The notes under the pieces: generated by a model
What the model saw: the letters and a program-made list of their open reading frames with translations, nothing else
Told to the model about the DNA's origin: nothing
The model's database searches: none
Program-made: the position numbers and the translations under genes
In this document: piece by piece, positions 13,091 to 25,074 of the stretch
Position numbering within the stretch: position 1 is the stretch's first letter
Layout of the letters: every line of letters begins with the position of its first letter
Source: Chiloscyllium plagiosum
Taxonomy: Eukaryota
Reading direction: 5' to 3'
Assembly (NCBI RefSeq): GCF_004010195.1
Contig: NC_057721.1
Coordinates: 51,845,414-51,909,413 of the forward strand
Length of the DNA: 64,000 nt

Positions 13091-13473
13091 GTATTTTGAA
13101 TACAGCTTTTTCTCATCTGTTCTCTTAAATTGCACAATTCGGGTTTGTTCATTGTAAAAGTTTTGTCAAAAGTAGACTAATTCTCGAGCTTGCAATTTTT
13201 CTAGTTTTATGGATTTATGAAGTATAGCAAGATAAGGCACAGATTGGTGGTTTAGCTATGCCAATATCTATGAAATGGAAAGTAAAAAGGTAATCAAATA
13301 AGAGATGTTAGTACTATAGAAATCTCTAACGTCTGAAGTTCTTTTATTCTATGGAAGTGAACAACAACGATCAATCATTAAATATTTTTGTAAATATTTT
13401 ATAGTTCATCAATAATATGATATTTAGTCTGAATTATTACATATCATGAATTATTAGGTTTTTATTGTTGTAG

Positions 13474-13670
13474 GCACGACAGTTAGCTTCACTTCTAATG
13501 GATGCAGAGAGAAAAAATGAAGAACTTGATGGAGTACTGAAGACCCAACTGTTGGAATCCGACCGTGCCAAAGCTGATATTGAAGAACTTTATCAGCATA
13601 ATTGTAAATTGCAGGCTATTTCTGAAGAGCATGAGTCCTTAAAGGTTACCTCTAAAGGTCTTGCTCAAAA
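13474..13670 (+). CDS. CIP2A: CIP2A coiled-coil exon
   Basis: gttgtag| ... |gtaagg. [43 protein letters not shown]... 197 bp, phase 0 to 2. Confidence 0.95.
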
Positions 13671-13859
13671 GTAAGGTTTAGTGATTTCTGATATTGTTTT
13701 GTGCAATAATCCTTGGCTGCCGTCGTAATAAGCCAAATGATTTGCAATGTAATAATTCTGTGAAATGAATTACAGCAGTAGCATCCATGTTCATAGACAA
13801 CAATTAATCTACTCTTTTATGGTAGCACAGAACATTAGCACAAATGAGTTTTATTGTAT

Positions 13860-14762
13860 TTAACGAAAGTCATAGAGTCCAGGAATTCAATACAAGGGTT
13901 CTTCAGAGTAATATCCTAGGTCCAGCTGCATCAAGGATTTCTCTCCATCATGAGGTCAGAACTGGCGATGTTGCTGATGATCATATAAGATTCAGCACCC
14001 TTGCGACTCCTCAGGTATTGAAGCTGTTTGTGTCCAAATGCAGCAAGACCTGGACAACATCCTGGCTTTGACTGTTAACCGCTCATAACTGATTCTTACC
14101 ACTCAAATGTAATACAATGACTATCTGCAACAGGAGAAAACCCCAAGCCATCTCCCTATAATTTTCAGTGGCATTACAATCACTGAACCCCTCCACTTTA
14201 AATGTCCTGTGGATTATAATTGAACAGAAGCTGAATTGAATCAGCTATATATATCCTGAGTGCAACAACTGAAATTCTGTGGTGTGTAACTCGGCTCCAT
14301 CTACGAGGCTCAAGTCAGGAGTGTGATGAATACCCCTTATTTACATGGATGGCTGCAGCTCCAACAGCATTTCCTTCACCATTGATTCAGTGGCGCTTGT
14401 GTCTACCATTCAACGTGTGCTGCAACTCATCAAATTTCCTTTGATAGCACCTACTAATCCCATGATCTTTACCACCTAATAGGTGAAAGGCAGCAGGTGC
14501 ATGGGAGCACCACCACCTGCAAGGTCCACTCCAGGCCCCACACCATCCTAACTTGCAATTATATCACCATTCTTTCACTATATCAAAATCCTGCAAAAGT
14601 CTTCATGGTAGCACTTCGGGTGTTTTTATGCCCGAAGGATTGTAGCAGTTCAAGAGGCCAGTTGAACCACATCTCCTTTTGAAGGAAATTAGGGATCTCC
14701 AATAAATGCTGGCTGAGCTGACAAGCTGACATAGTCCACATCCCATAAACAAATAAAAATAA
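13860..14762 (+). mobile_element. Decayed L2/CR1-type LINE 3' part
   Basis: RT remnants (QGSxLGP-like and ADD-like). The 3' tail caataaatgctggc...cacatcccat..aataaaa is shared with the SINEs at 32075 and 36408. Confidence 0.65.
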
Positions 14763-14881
14763 ATACACTTCAGTAGCTCTAATTATACATAACAAGGTGT
14801 ATTTTTCACTGAATAACTTCTTGAAAATATGTTCCATAAATCCAGTTCCAGATTTGTATGTTTACGTAAATTTCATTTTAG

Positions 14882-14995
14882 TCTTGAGACAGTCGAAAGG
14901 CAACTTGAAGAACTACAGACTGAACACAATTCCTTAAGTAAACAAAGTGAATTGCTCAAAAAGCACATTGATACCCTTAAACAACAGAATGATAG
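14882..14995 (+). CDS. CIP2A: CIP2A coiled-coil exon
   Basis: cattttag| ... |gtaagt. (N)LETVERQLEELQTEHNSLSKQSELLKKHIDTLKQQND(R). 114 bp, phase 2-2, frame continuous with its neighbours. Confidence 0.92.
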
Positions 14996-15139
14996 GTAAG
15001 TCCACATTCTTACCTTTGATTAGATCTACTCTCAGTTCTGAATTCAGTAACAATGGCTTTAAGTCATGCATTTATCAAGTTTTTTTTTTATTTAGGAAAA
15101 CCACAAAACAGCTTGTCATTTCATTTTTTTGAATCTTAG

Positions 15140-15222
15140 ATGCCTTGCTCAGTTGGCAGAGTTGGAAGCACAGAAAAACGATTTGTGCATTCAGTTAAAG
15201 GAAAAGGATGCTAAATTATTGG
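15140..15222 (+). CDS. CIP2A: CIP2A coiled-coil exon
   Basis: atcttag| ... |gtacgt. CLAQLAELEAQKNDLCIQLKEKDAKLL. 83 bp, phase 2 to 1. Confidence 0.92.
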
Positions 15223-15364
15223 GTACGTCTTTTGGTACATCTGTTATTGATGATAGTGTTGTCTCTATTCATTGTTTGAACAGAAACATTGAATTGTGCA
15301 AATATGCTTGAAGTGGCTGATCTCAGGAGTACAATGTAATTAGCCTCATTTATGATATAGTTAG

Positions 15365-17265
15365 GCAGAAGTGGGTAATGTAGATGCTGGAGATCAGAGT
15401 CAAGATTAGAGTGGTGCTGGAAAAGCACAGCAGGTCAGGCAGTCCTGAGCTGGAAGATTGGAACTGAGGTAAGGTGGGGGGAGGGGAAATGAGGAAACTG
15501 GTGAAGTCCACATTGATGCCATGGGATTGAAGGGTCCCAGGGTGGAAAATGAGGCGTCCTACTTCCGGGCATCATGTGGTGAGGGAGTGGCAGTGGGGGG
15601 GACTCAGGACCTGCATGTCCTCAGCAGAGTGAGAGGGGGAGTTGCAATGTTTGGCCTAGGGTTGGTTGGGTTAATTGGTATGGGTGTCCCGGAGACGTTC
15701 TCCGAAGTGATCTGCGAGAAGGCATTTGGTCTCCCCAGTGTAGAGGAGGGAATGGTCTTTGCGGAAAGGGGTGGGAAGGGAAACATATCTCTGGTGGTGG
15801 AGGAAATGTCAAACCGGTGTAAAAGGGTAACCATGGGCACCCGTATGGACCCCAGTTATGCCTCTCTCTTTGTCGGCTACGTAGAACAGTCCATCTTCCG
15901 TAGTTACACCGGCACCACTCCCCATCTCTTCCTCCGCTACATTGATGACTGCTTCGGCGCCACCTCGTGCTCCCGCAAGGAGGTTGAGCAGTTCATCAAC
16001 TTCACCAACACATTCCACCCCAACCTTAAATTCACCTGGACCATCTTTGACACCTCCCTCCCCTTCCTAGACCTCTCCATTTCCATTAATGATGACTGAC
16101 TTGACACTGACATTTTTTACAAACCCACTGACTCCCACAGCTACCTGGATTATACCTCTTCCCACCCTACCTCCTGCAAAAATTCCATCCCGTATTCCCA
16201 ATTCCTCCGCCTTCGCTGTATCTGCTCCCAGGCGGACCAGTTCCACCACAGAACACACCAGATGGCCTCCTTCTTTAGAGATCGCAATTTCCCTTCCCAC
16301 ATGGTTGAAGATGCCCTCCAACACATCTCATGCACATCCCGCTCCTCCGCCCTCAAATCCCACCTCTATAACCGTAACAAGAACAGAACACCCCTGGTCC
16401 TCACTTTCCACCCTACCAACCTTCGCATTAACCACATCATCCGCTGACATTTCCACCACCTCCAAACGGACCCCACCAACCGAGATTTATTTCCCTCCCC
16501 ACCGCTTTCCACAAAGACCTTTCCCTCTGTGACTACCTGATCAGGTCCAGGCCCCCCCAACGACCAACCCTCCCATCCTGGCACCCTCCTCTGCCACCGC
16601 AGGAATTGCAAAACCTGCGCCCACACCACCTCCCTCACCTCCATCCAAAGCCCCAAAGGAGCCTTCCACATCCATCAAAGTTTCACCTGCACATCCACAA
16701 TGTCATTTATTGTATCCGTTGCTCCCGATGCGGTCTCCTCTATATTGGGGAAACTGGACGCCTCCTTGCAGAGCGCTTCAGGGAACATTTCTGGGACACC
16801 TGCACCAATCAACCCCACCGCCCCGTGGCCCAGCGTTTTAACTCCCCCTCCCACTCTGCCGAGGATATGCAGGTTCTGAACCTCTTCCACTGCCACTCCC
16901 TCACCACCTGACGCCTGGAGGAAGAACGCCTCATCTTCTGCCTCTGAACACTTCAACCCCAGGGCATCAATGCGGACTTCACCAGTTTCTTCATTTCCCT
17001 TCCCCCAGTTCCATCCTTCCAGCTCAGTACTGTCCTCATGACCTGTCCTAACTGCCAATCTCCCTTCCCACCTATCCGTTCCATCTCTCTTGTTCTCACA
17101 TGATCTGCTATTACGCTCAATCCATTTTTAACTAACAATAGTCTCCATTAACAGTTATTCTTCTAGTCTGATGATTATCCACTGCTTTGTCTATCCAACT
17201 GTTCTTGTCTCTCTTTGGGCTCCATCTCCACATAGCATTTATTCCTTACCCCCTCCCTCATTCTA
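15365..17265 (+). mobile_element. Penelope-like element, Neptune-type, with an inverted 3'-end copy at its left (15365-~15805) and RT-linker-GIY-YIG on + (15810-17000)
   Basis: MGTRMDPSYASLFVGYVE, LRYIDDCF, LPFLDL, CKTC linker, NVIYCIRCSRCGLLYIGETGRLLAERFREH. Contains stops and frameshifts. Confidence 0.88.
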
Positions 17266-17267
17266 TA

Positions 17268-17730
17268 AGGATGTTGCCAGGGTTGGAGGATTTGAGCTAT
17301 AGGGAGAGGTTGAATCGGCTGGGGCTGTTTTCCCTAGAGCATCAGAGGCTGAGGGTTGATCTAATAGAGGTTTATAAAATCATGAGGGGCATGAATGGGG
17401 TCAATAGACAAGATCTTTTCCCTGGGGTGGGGGAGTGCAGAACTTGAGGGCATAGGTTTCGGGTGAGAGAAGAAAGATATAAAAGTGATCTAAGGGCAAC
17501 TTTTTCATGCAGAGGGTGGTATTTGTATGGAATAAGCTGCCAGAGAAAGTGGTGGAGGCTAGTACAATTGCAGCATTTAAAAGGCATCTGGATGGGTACA
17601 TGAATAGGAAAGGTTTGGAGGGAAATGGGTCGTGTGCTGGTAGGTGGGACTAGATTGGGTTGGGATATCTGGTCAGCATGGGCGAATTGGACCGAAGGGT
17701 CTGTTTTCAAGCTGCACATCTATACGACTC
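17268..17730 (+). mobile_element. CR1 3' end
   Basis: MLPGLEDLSYRERLNRLGLFSLE..., near-identical in type to 4075-4545. Confidence 0.9.
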
Positions 17731-18559
17731 AAACAACATCCTACCCAGCCAATCTCTTTCATTATTGAAAAGAAAACCCTCTACATTAGTTGAAACCTAT
17801 TCATTCTTTTGAATGGGCCATTTAAAGAGCATCTCAAGATTATCCCTTCTGAGCAAGCTATTGCTGTGTGCCTTTAGAGTCAACCACTTATGACTAGTGA
17901 TTTGACAACAGGTACCAGACGCTCAGACCCACAAATTTTGGAACATCAAGTACTTTATCCTTTTGCCTTCAAGAATAGCCACTGGCCAGGGTTTTTTCTT
18001 TACAATGCCAATCTGTGGAGAGAGACTCTTTTCTATCTCGTTTCCTGACGAGTATAAGCGTGTTTTGGGGCTAGATATATGGATATACGTTTATACATTT
18101 GTTTTACAAGCCCACATTGAGCACAATTTAGCACATTTACAAGTCTGGATGGCTATGGACAATTCTGTAGTCTATTTGATTTAACTAGATAGAACCCTAA
18201 TGCTGCTGGGTAATTGGAGAAATTGTTCATGGAGAGACTGAATGAACTAGAGGATAGAATAGTATTGGAGTAATAATATTGAATTAAGAAACAACCATTT
18301 ATGAATACATAGCTTTAGGAAAGAAAACACCATTAAAGAGCAGTTCAAATACAAGATTCCATTTAATAATTTCTTCAATTTGCATCCTGATGAATTGGAA
18401 AATCTCAAGCACTGGGTTATTTCAGCACCTTGTTACAGGAGAAACTGCTTCACAGTGGGAGAATGGCATCAAATACAAAAGAGCGCAATTGATTATAATA
18501 TTTGCACTCTGCATATTAATTTCAAATCACTAAATCATTTTTCCTATAATGATTGACAG

Positions 18560-18699
18560 GTTTGGAACAAAAGCTCAAGGCACAGCAAGAAAAAACAAAG
18601 ATATCGGAGAAGGAAAAAGAGAATCTAGAAGAAGCTATTGGCGTTCTCCAAAAGGAGCTTAGCAAGACAGAGGTAACCAGGAAAGAGCTCAGTATTAAG
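18560..18699 (+). CDS. CIP2A: CIP2A penultimate coding exon
   Basis: ttgacag| ... |gtaatt. GLEQKLKAQQEKTKISEKEKENLEEAIGVLQKELSKTEVTRKELSIK (human ...RKELSRTEQIRKELSIK). 140 bp, phase 1 to 0. Confidence 0.95.
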
Positions 18700-18789
18700 G
18701 TAATTGATGTCTTTAGAATAGTTATTCAGTCTGCCTTTCAGAAGACTAGAGAATTGCATGTAATGATTATGATAACTGGTTTGGACATA

Positions 18790-18912
18790 GTCAAAAGTCA
18801 CACGACCCCAAGTTATAGTTCAACAAACTTATTTGAAAGTGCTGCTCCTTTGTCAGATGAAGTGGACTTCTGATTTTGTACACCCCAGTTCAACACTGGC
18901 ATCTCCACATTG
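18790..18912. mobile_element. Internally deleted fold-back PLE fragment (same family as 58542-58758)
   Basis: aaaagtcacacgaccccaagttatagttcaacaaac ... tgtacaccccagttcaacactggcatctcca. The flanks taactggtttgga/taactaatttgga look like a decayed TSD. Confidence 0.55.
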
Positions 18913-19586
18913 TAACTAATTTGGAGTCATTGTATGATTCTGGAGAGGACTGAGTTATTCCAATGGTGTCTGACTATTTGATAGTGAAAGTAAACTTCTG
19001 ATCACAGGGGATACATCTCCATTTGCAGACGAGACCAGTATAGCAGAGTCTAACCTGAGAGAATATCAAGCTGTTTTACTGCTTTGTAACTAAAATCTAA
19101 TTAGGGATGCAAAATGGCTGCTTTGAACAGTGGTATAACCAAAAAGAGGAAGACATATCCTAACCACTGCCTTGAACACAGCCGGAATAATTTGATAAGT
19201 TCTGTTTCAATTTTTTTGGATAGCTGTCCCTTTCCAAGTTTGAGCACATACCCTAATTTTGTGTAAATTAACACTCATACTTAACAGCTTTAATAATGGT
19301 TGAATGAAATTGAGAAATCCCCTTTAAAGGATGTGTCCTTCTAAAAGTATTATGTGACTTGAGAAATGGCAGATGATGATGTTTGAATGCCCTTGTCCTT
19401 CTACATGATAGTTTGCAGGTTTGGAAGATGACAACAGAAACTTTGGGGAAGTTTCTACAGTGCATGTTTTATATGGCCTCCACTGCTGTCACTATGCATC
19501 TGTGTCGGAGGGAATGGGTCTTGAAGCTTGTGTATAGGGTGTCAGTCAAGAAGGTTACTTTGTCTAAGATGGTCTTGAGCTTCTTC

Positions 19587-20118
19587 ATAGGATCTTTACA
19601 GTGTGGAAGCAGGCCATTCAGTCTGTCGAATCAATACCAACCCTCCAAAGAGAATCCCATTCAGAACCCACCCCACCCTAACACTGCATTTCCTATGGCT
19701 AATTCACTTAACTTGCACACTATGGGAACTTTAGCATGGCCAATCCACCTAAACTGCACATAGAATCTTAGAATCCTTACAGTGTGGAAACGGGTCAATC
19801 AGTCCATCATGTCTACACTGACCCTCTGAAGAGCATCCCACCCAGACCCACCCCTCTACTCTGTCCCTGTAACCTCACATTTCTCATGGTTAATCCACCT
19901 AGCCTGCGCATCTCTGGACTCTATGGGCAGTTTATCATGGCTAATCAGCCTAACCTGTGCATCTTTGGACTGTGGGAGAAAAACTGAGCACCTGGAGGAA
20001 ACCCATACAGGCACAGAGTATGTGCACATTCCACACGCAGTCACCTGAGGGTAGAATCAAACCTGGGTCCCTGGCGCTTTGAGGCAGCAGTGCTAACCAA
20101 TGAGCCTCCATGCTGCCA
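19587..20118 (-). mobile_element. Two HE1-type SINE pieces (partial 19587-19760, full 19760-20118) inside an old LINE fragment
   Basis: Reverse complement of ggcagcatgg..ggctcattggttagcactgctgcctca head; tail ending in ATTCTA repeats. Confidence 0.8.
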
Positions 20119-20705
20119 CATTCTTGAGTTGATTCCATCACCCTCCTGACCTGTGCCTTATAGATGGCAAATTGGAAGTCAAGAGGTGAGATACTTACTT
20201 TCTACAAAATGAACTAACCACTCACGTTAGAGTTTTTTTTTTCAACTCATAAGCTAACTCCTTTTCTCCCTCGATATTGCCACACCTGCTGAGTTTTTCC
20301 AGTGCTTTCTGTTTTAAATCACACCAGAAATTTATTTTTAGTTGACGGCTGGAATTGATTTCACTTAATTACTATTTAGCTTTCTGAAAAAAATACATTT
20401 CTAAGATTTTGCATATAGTCAAGCATTCTCTATTGAACATACTTTAAAATCAAAACACTACAAGATATTGCGCAATGTTTCATTCTGTTTTCAGCTTGTA
20501 GTAATATTCTGAAACTCATGACTAATTTGAATACATTTATTGGTTTGGAATTTCTGATGGGTTACATTGTTTTTTTTTCCCCAGTGCAATTGAACAAACA
20601 TGCAAAATTTCAAATGCATTTGCTGAGGCATGAAGTTTAAGAGCAGAGATGCTGGGACTATATAAAATGTTGATTAGGCTACAGCTAGAGTATTGTGTGT
20701 AGTTC

Positions 20706-21272
20706 AAAGTTTGTGAGAAGATTTGTAGCTCGGGTGCTCGTTGCTGTGGTTTTGTTCGCCGAGCTGGAAGTTTTTGTTGCAAACGTTTCGTCCCCTGTCG
20801 AGGTGACATCCTCAGTGCTTGGGAGCCTCCTGTGAAGCGCTTCTGTGGTGTTTCCTCTGGCATTTATAGTGGCCTGTCCATGCCGCTTCCGTTGTCAGTT
20901 TCAGCTGTCCGCTGTAGTGGGCGGTATATTGGGTCCAGGTCTATGTGTTTGTTGATGGAGTTTGTGGATGAGTGCCATGCTTCTAGGAATTCCCTGGCTG
21001 TTCTTTGTTTCGCTTGCCCTATAATGGTAGTGTTGTCCCAGTCAAATTCATGTTGCTTGTCGTCTGCGTGTGTGGCTACTAGGGATAGCTGGTCGTGTCG
21101 TTTCGTGGCTAGCTGATGTCAACCGGAAGCGGCAGGGACAGGCCACTATAAATGCCGGAGGAAACACCATAGAAGCGCTTCACAGGAGGCTCCCAAGCAC
21201 TGAGGATGTCACCTAGACAGGGGACGAAACGTTTGCAACAAAAATTTCCAGCTCGGCGAACAGAACCACAGC
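20706..21272. mobile_element. Fold-back Penelope/Poseidon-type PLE fragment with a 17-bp TSD, inserted in a CR1 remnant
   Basis: Reverse arm 20706-~21115 (GIY-YIG C-terminus plus pseudo-LTR) and forward arm 21117-21272. AGTATTGTGTGTAGTTC is duplicated at 20689-20705 and 21273-21289. Confidence 0.9.
21197..21236 (+). ncRNA. Minimal type I hammerhead ribozyme motif in a PLE pseudo-LTR (mirror copy at 20779-20818 on -)
   Basis: GCA CTGAGGA T GTCACCT-AGAC-AGGGGAC GAAA C GTT TGC: stem I GCA/TGC, catalytic core, stem II, palindromic ACGT in place of stem III. Confidence 0.7.
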
Positions 21273-21344
21273 AGTATTGTGTGTAGTTCTGAGATCTGCA
21301 TTGTAGTGATTGCATTGAAAATGGTGCAGAGAAGATTTACCAGG

Positions 21345-21682
21345 ATTGTTTTTTCTTTATTTCATCCCAGTATGAGGGTGTTGCTGCTAGGCCAGCATTT
21401 ATTGCCCATCCCAAATTGCCCAGAGGGCAGTTAAGAATCAACATCTGGAGTTACATGTAGGCCAGACCAGATAAGGATGGCAGTTTCCTTCCCTAAAAGA
21501 AGTTAGTGAACCAGATGTATTTTTCTGACAATCAACTCATGGTCATTATTAGACTCCTGATTCCAGATTTTTATTGAATTCAAATTCTACCATCTGCTAC
21601 GGAGGGATTCGAACCTGGGTCCAAGAATATTATCTGGTTCTCTGGGTTAACGTCCAGCAAGTGCCACTAGTCCATTGCCTGC
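21345..21682 (-). mobile_element. tRNA-derived SINE of a second family (L2/CR1-type tail)
   Basis: On the - strand: B-box-like GGTTCGAATCC, then the conserved body and tail seen at 32075-32440, 36408-36720 and 44325-44700. Confidence 0.7.
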
Positions 21683-21689
21683 CCATATG

Positions 21690-22137
21690 TTGCGTGGGTT
21701 GGAGAATTTTATTGTGAAGAAAGATTGGACAGACTGTGCTTGTTTTCCTTGGAGCAGAGGAGGCTGCAGGGTGACATGATTGAGATTTATGAAATTAGAA
21801 GCAAAAATGGTAGACGGGAAAAAACATTCACTCTTGGTGGAGGGATCGATGATTGAAGGAATAAATTTAAGGCATCGGGCAGAAGGTTTAGAAGAGATGG
21901 AAGGAGATGTCTTTTTTTTCCCCATGAAGAGGGTGGTGGGAACTGGGAAAACTCACTGCCTGCAAAGGCTGTAAAAGTAGCAATTCTCATAACATTTAAG
22001 AAATATTTAGATGTACACTTGCAATGCCAAGGCATTCCAGGCTATGGAATGAGATGGGATTCGTATAGTTATGTACTTGCTTTTGATGGGTGCAGATTTG
22101 ATGGGTTGAAAAATATTTTATGTAGAACTTTATGACT
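21690..22137 (+). mobile_element. CR1 3' end (continuation of the remnant starting near 20620)
   Basis: FSLEQRRLQGDMIE-like and RVVG..W translations, followed by a tail. Confidence 0.7.
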
Positions 22138-22920
22138 GGAATTCCAATACGTATCGAGTTTCCATAGTTCACAAAGCCATGTAGCAGATAAAAGTAATCA
22201 TTATTAATAGTTTCTGTCCATTTCTTCTTTGGGCCTTAGGGCAGACTCTTAAATTTTTTTTATTTCTATTTTTATTTACAAGGCTGGTCATAGCTTTCAA
22301 ATGCGAAAAGCAGTGTTTAACTAAGAAAGTCTCCTGTGCACCAGTGAAATGCACCAGTGAAACTCCTGAGTAATCTTTTGTTTTATTTATAGTCATATGT
22401 GTTGGACCAGACTCTCTTTAAAAAAATTTCTGTTGTCAACCCATTTTCGGCTGTGATAATAAAACTGCAACAGGTTACTACATTACATTTAAAAAAAAAT
22501 CCTTAACACATTTCTTACCAAACAAAATTCCAAAACGTTGTCTGGTCCATGGCAGATTTTACATTTGGCAACGTGCAAATGAACATGAACGGACAGTTAA
22601 ATAAACAAAAATTGCTTCTAGAAACTAGTGTAATTCTGAGCTCAACTTGCACTTTGGGTGCTGATATGCCCAAAGCACCAAGTCTAAATAAGGGACTTGT
22701 TGAAAGTATTAAATTTGTTCAGTTTAATGAAATTGAATGCAAGAGTTTGATGTAAAGGTACTTTTGAACTTAACAATTTCTATTTATTTGAAACTATTTT
22801 CTGTTATCGTGCACCATTCCCACCCCCACCTCCACCAGTTAGTTTTGTTTCACATTAATAAACTGTGTTCTACAGATCTGTCTATTATAATAAATGTTAA
22901 CTTTGTGTCTCGCCCTGCAG

Positions 22921-23091
22921 TTGTCAACTCTAGAAGTGCAGAAATCCCAGGTAGAAACACAATTGCAACAAAAAGAAGCCCTTGTCCAAGCTCAGCAGGA
23001 CGAACTCAACAAGCACTCTCAAATGATAGCAATGATTCATAGTCTGAGCAGTAGCAAACTACAATCAAATACAGTAAATCTCAGTCTCTAG
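22921..23091 (+). CDS. CIP2A: CIP2A last coding exon to stop
   Basis: ccctgcag| acceptor. [56 protein letters not shown] (human ...[29 protein letters not shown]). Confidence 0.97.
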   Translation: MSTLEVQKSQVETQLQQKEALVQAQQDELNKHSQMIAMIHSLSSSKLQSNTVNLSL

Positions 23092-24022
23092 CCATGTTTC
23101 TTCTCATTTTTAATGCTGAGAGAAATGGCCAATGTTTGCTTGCAGTCCTTGTATCTGATGCATTTAATATTCACCCTATAGGATTAAAATTGTAATTTAC
23201 TTTTAAGAAAGAATTTGTAACCATTTATATTTGAAAAGGGTTTGCTTCAGATTTGAGCATTTCAAGTTGCTGCTTTTTTGAGTTGTACTGTTTTAAGCAC
23301 AATTGGTAATAAGGACTTGGCAAACCTGGAAATTGCAGTCTTTAAATATGATGTGAAGATTCTAAACTGTGTTTTTGACTGCATTATTATGTCAGCCTCT
23401 GGTCATAATCTGACTAACTGTGTAAATAGTTCAAGACAAAATTTGTACTATTTGGCTAGTACTGTTTCTTTTGGCTAGATATGATTTCAGAATCTGAAAT
23501 TATCTGTTTCATATTTGGGCAAATTTATGCTAGAATTCTCTAGTTATATTAATACCAGGCTTGAATTAGTTTTTCAGTGTACTGTCCTGGATTCTGATGC
23601 CAAATGCTATATTATTCCAGAAGCAATCCATTTTATCTTAATTGCTAAGAATATCTTAATTGTACTATTTAGCAGTCTGTGCACGATGCAAATGTATGGA
23701 AATTTTATATATTTTTCAATGTTTTTATAAATTTCCTTCATTAAATTGGGAAAGCACTGCTTTGAATTTAAGAAAAATTACCTTACTTATTTTGTATTAA
23801 AATAACCAACATTATTTTACGAAAAGTACATAAAATATTTGGACTTGCACATTTCTATCACCTGTTTGATTCCTGCTCGCTTTTGTAATGAATTTTGGTA
23901 CTGTCATGAACCTGTCATTTTTAGATGTACTGTCTCCTTTTCAGTGGTTGTGTACAGCCATATAATTGTGTTAATCTTTAGTTTTCTTCCTTTCCCCACA
24001 GAGAAAGTAACATTTTTTTAAA

Positions 24023-24046
24023 AATAAAAATGTACTTGAAATTAAA
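24023..24046 (+). terminator. Candidate CIP2A polyadenylation signals (AATAAA 24023-24028, ATTAAA 24041-24046)
   Basis: Hexamers at the end of about 0.95 kb of AT-rich, repeat-free sequence after the stop codon. Confidence 0.55.
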
Positions 24047-24740
24047 TGCAAACTATCATTCATACCAAACTTCAGTGTGGAATACTTTTTCTTCCTTAGA
24101 AGACTGATCCAGGAAAAGCTGTAGTGTATTGTTCTAATACATTGTCATTGCAATTGATGCATTTATTGACTGCACTTTCTGAAATTCCCATCTGGCCATC
24201 CATTACTTCCACCCTCAATCATCCCTACGCAATTTTGCACCTTTCTCTGAAACACCAACCTGCAGCTGTATGCATGCAACTGTAGTCACTCAACTACAAT
24301 CTTTTCTCGTTGTGGGAACTAAGAGCAGAAGAAGCAAGGATGGCATTCAAGCTATTTTGCACCTTGGCACAACAGAAGAGAGGAGGCATTGGAGTTTAAT
24401 GGTTTTGACTGCATGCCCATTGAAGTAGTGAGGTAAAGAATTCCCAGCTACCTGGTGACACTTAAGTATAAAACTACCCACTTGGTCATGTTCATTTCGA
24501 AGAAATGTCAGATTGTGTTTTATACATAACTTGTCTTTCCAGTACTCATTCCTCCTTTTTATTTCCCATACAGCCTTCAGGCAAGCAGCATGATTTTTTT
24601 GGAGGTCTCAGAGGTGTATTCCTCCAATGATCAAAGTTCTTTTAAAAGCATAGATTTTTGTTTTAAAATTGAGAATTTCTGGTATGTTATGATCCATATG
24701 ATATGAACCCAGGCCTCTGGCCCAGAGGTGGGACATTTAT

Positions 24741-25049
24741 GGGTAGCACAGTAGTTAGCACTGCTGCCTCACAGTGCCAGAGACCCAGGTTCAATTCCCG
24801 CCTCAGGCGACTCTCTGTGTGGCGTTTGCACATTCACCCCGTGTCTGCGTGGGTTTCCTCCTGGTGCTCCGGTTTCCTCCCACAGTCCAAAAAATGTGCA
24901 GGTTAGGTGAATTGGCCATGCTAAATTGCCCGTAGTGTTAGGTGAAGGGGTAAATGTAGGGGAATGGGTCTGGGTGGGTTATGCTTCAGTGAGTTGATGT
25001 GTACTTGTTGGGCCAAAGGGCCTGTTTCCACACTAAGTAATCTAATCTA
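24741..25049 (+). mobile_element. HE1-type SINE
   Basis: ttagcactgctgcctcacag, B box GGTTCAATTCC, (TAATC)n tail. Confidence 0.88.
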
Positions 25050-25074
25050 CTGTACCACAATACCTTACTCTTTT

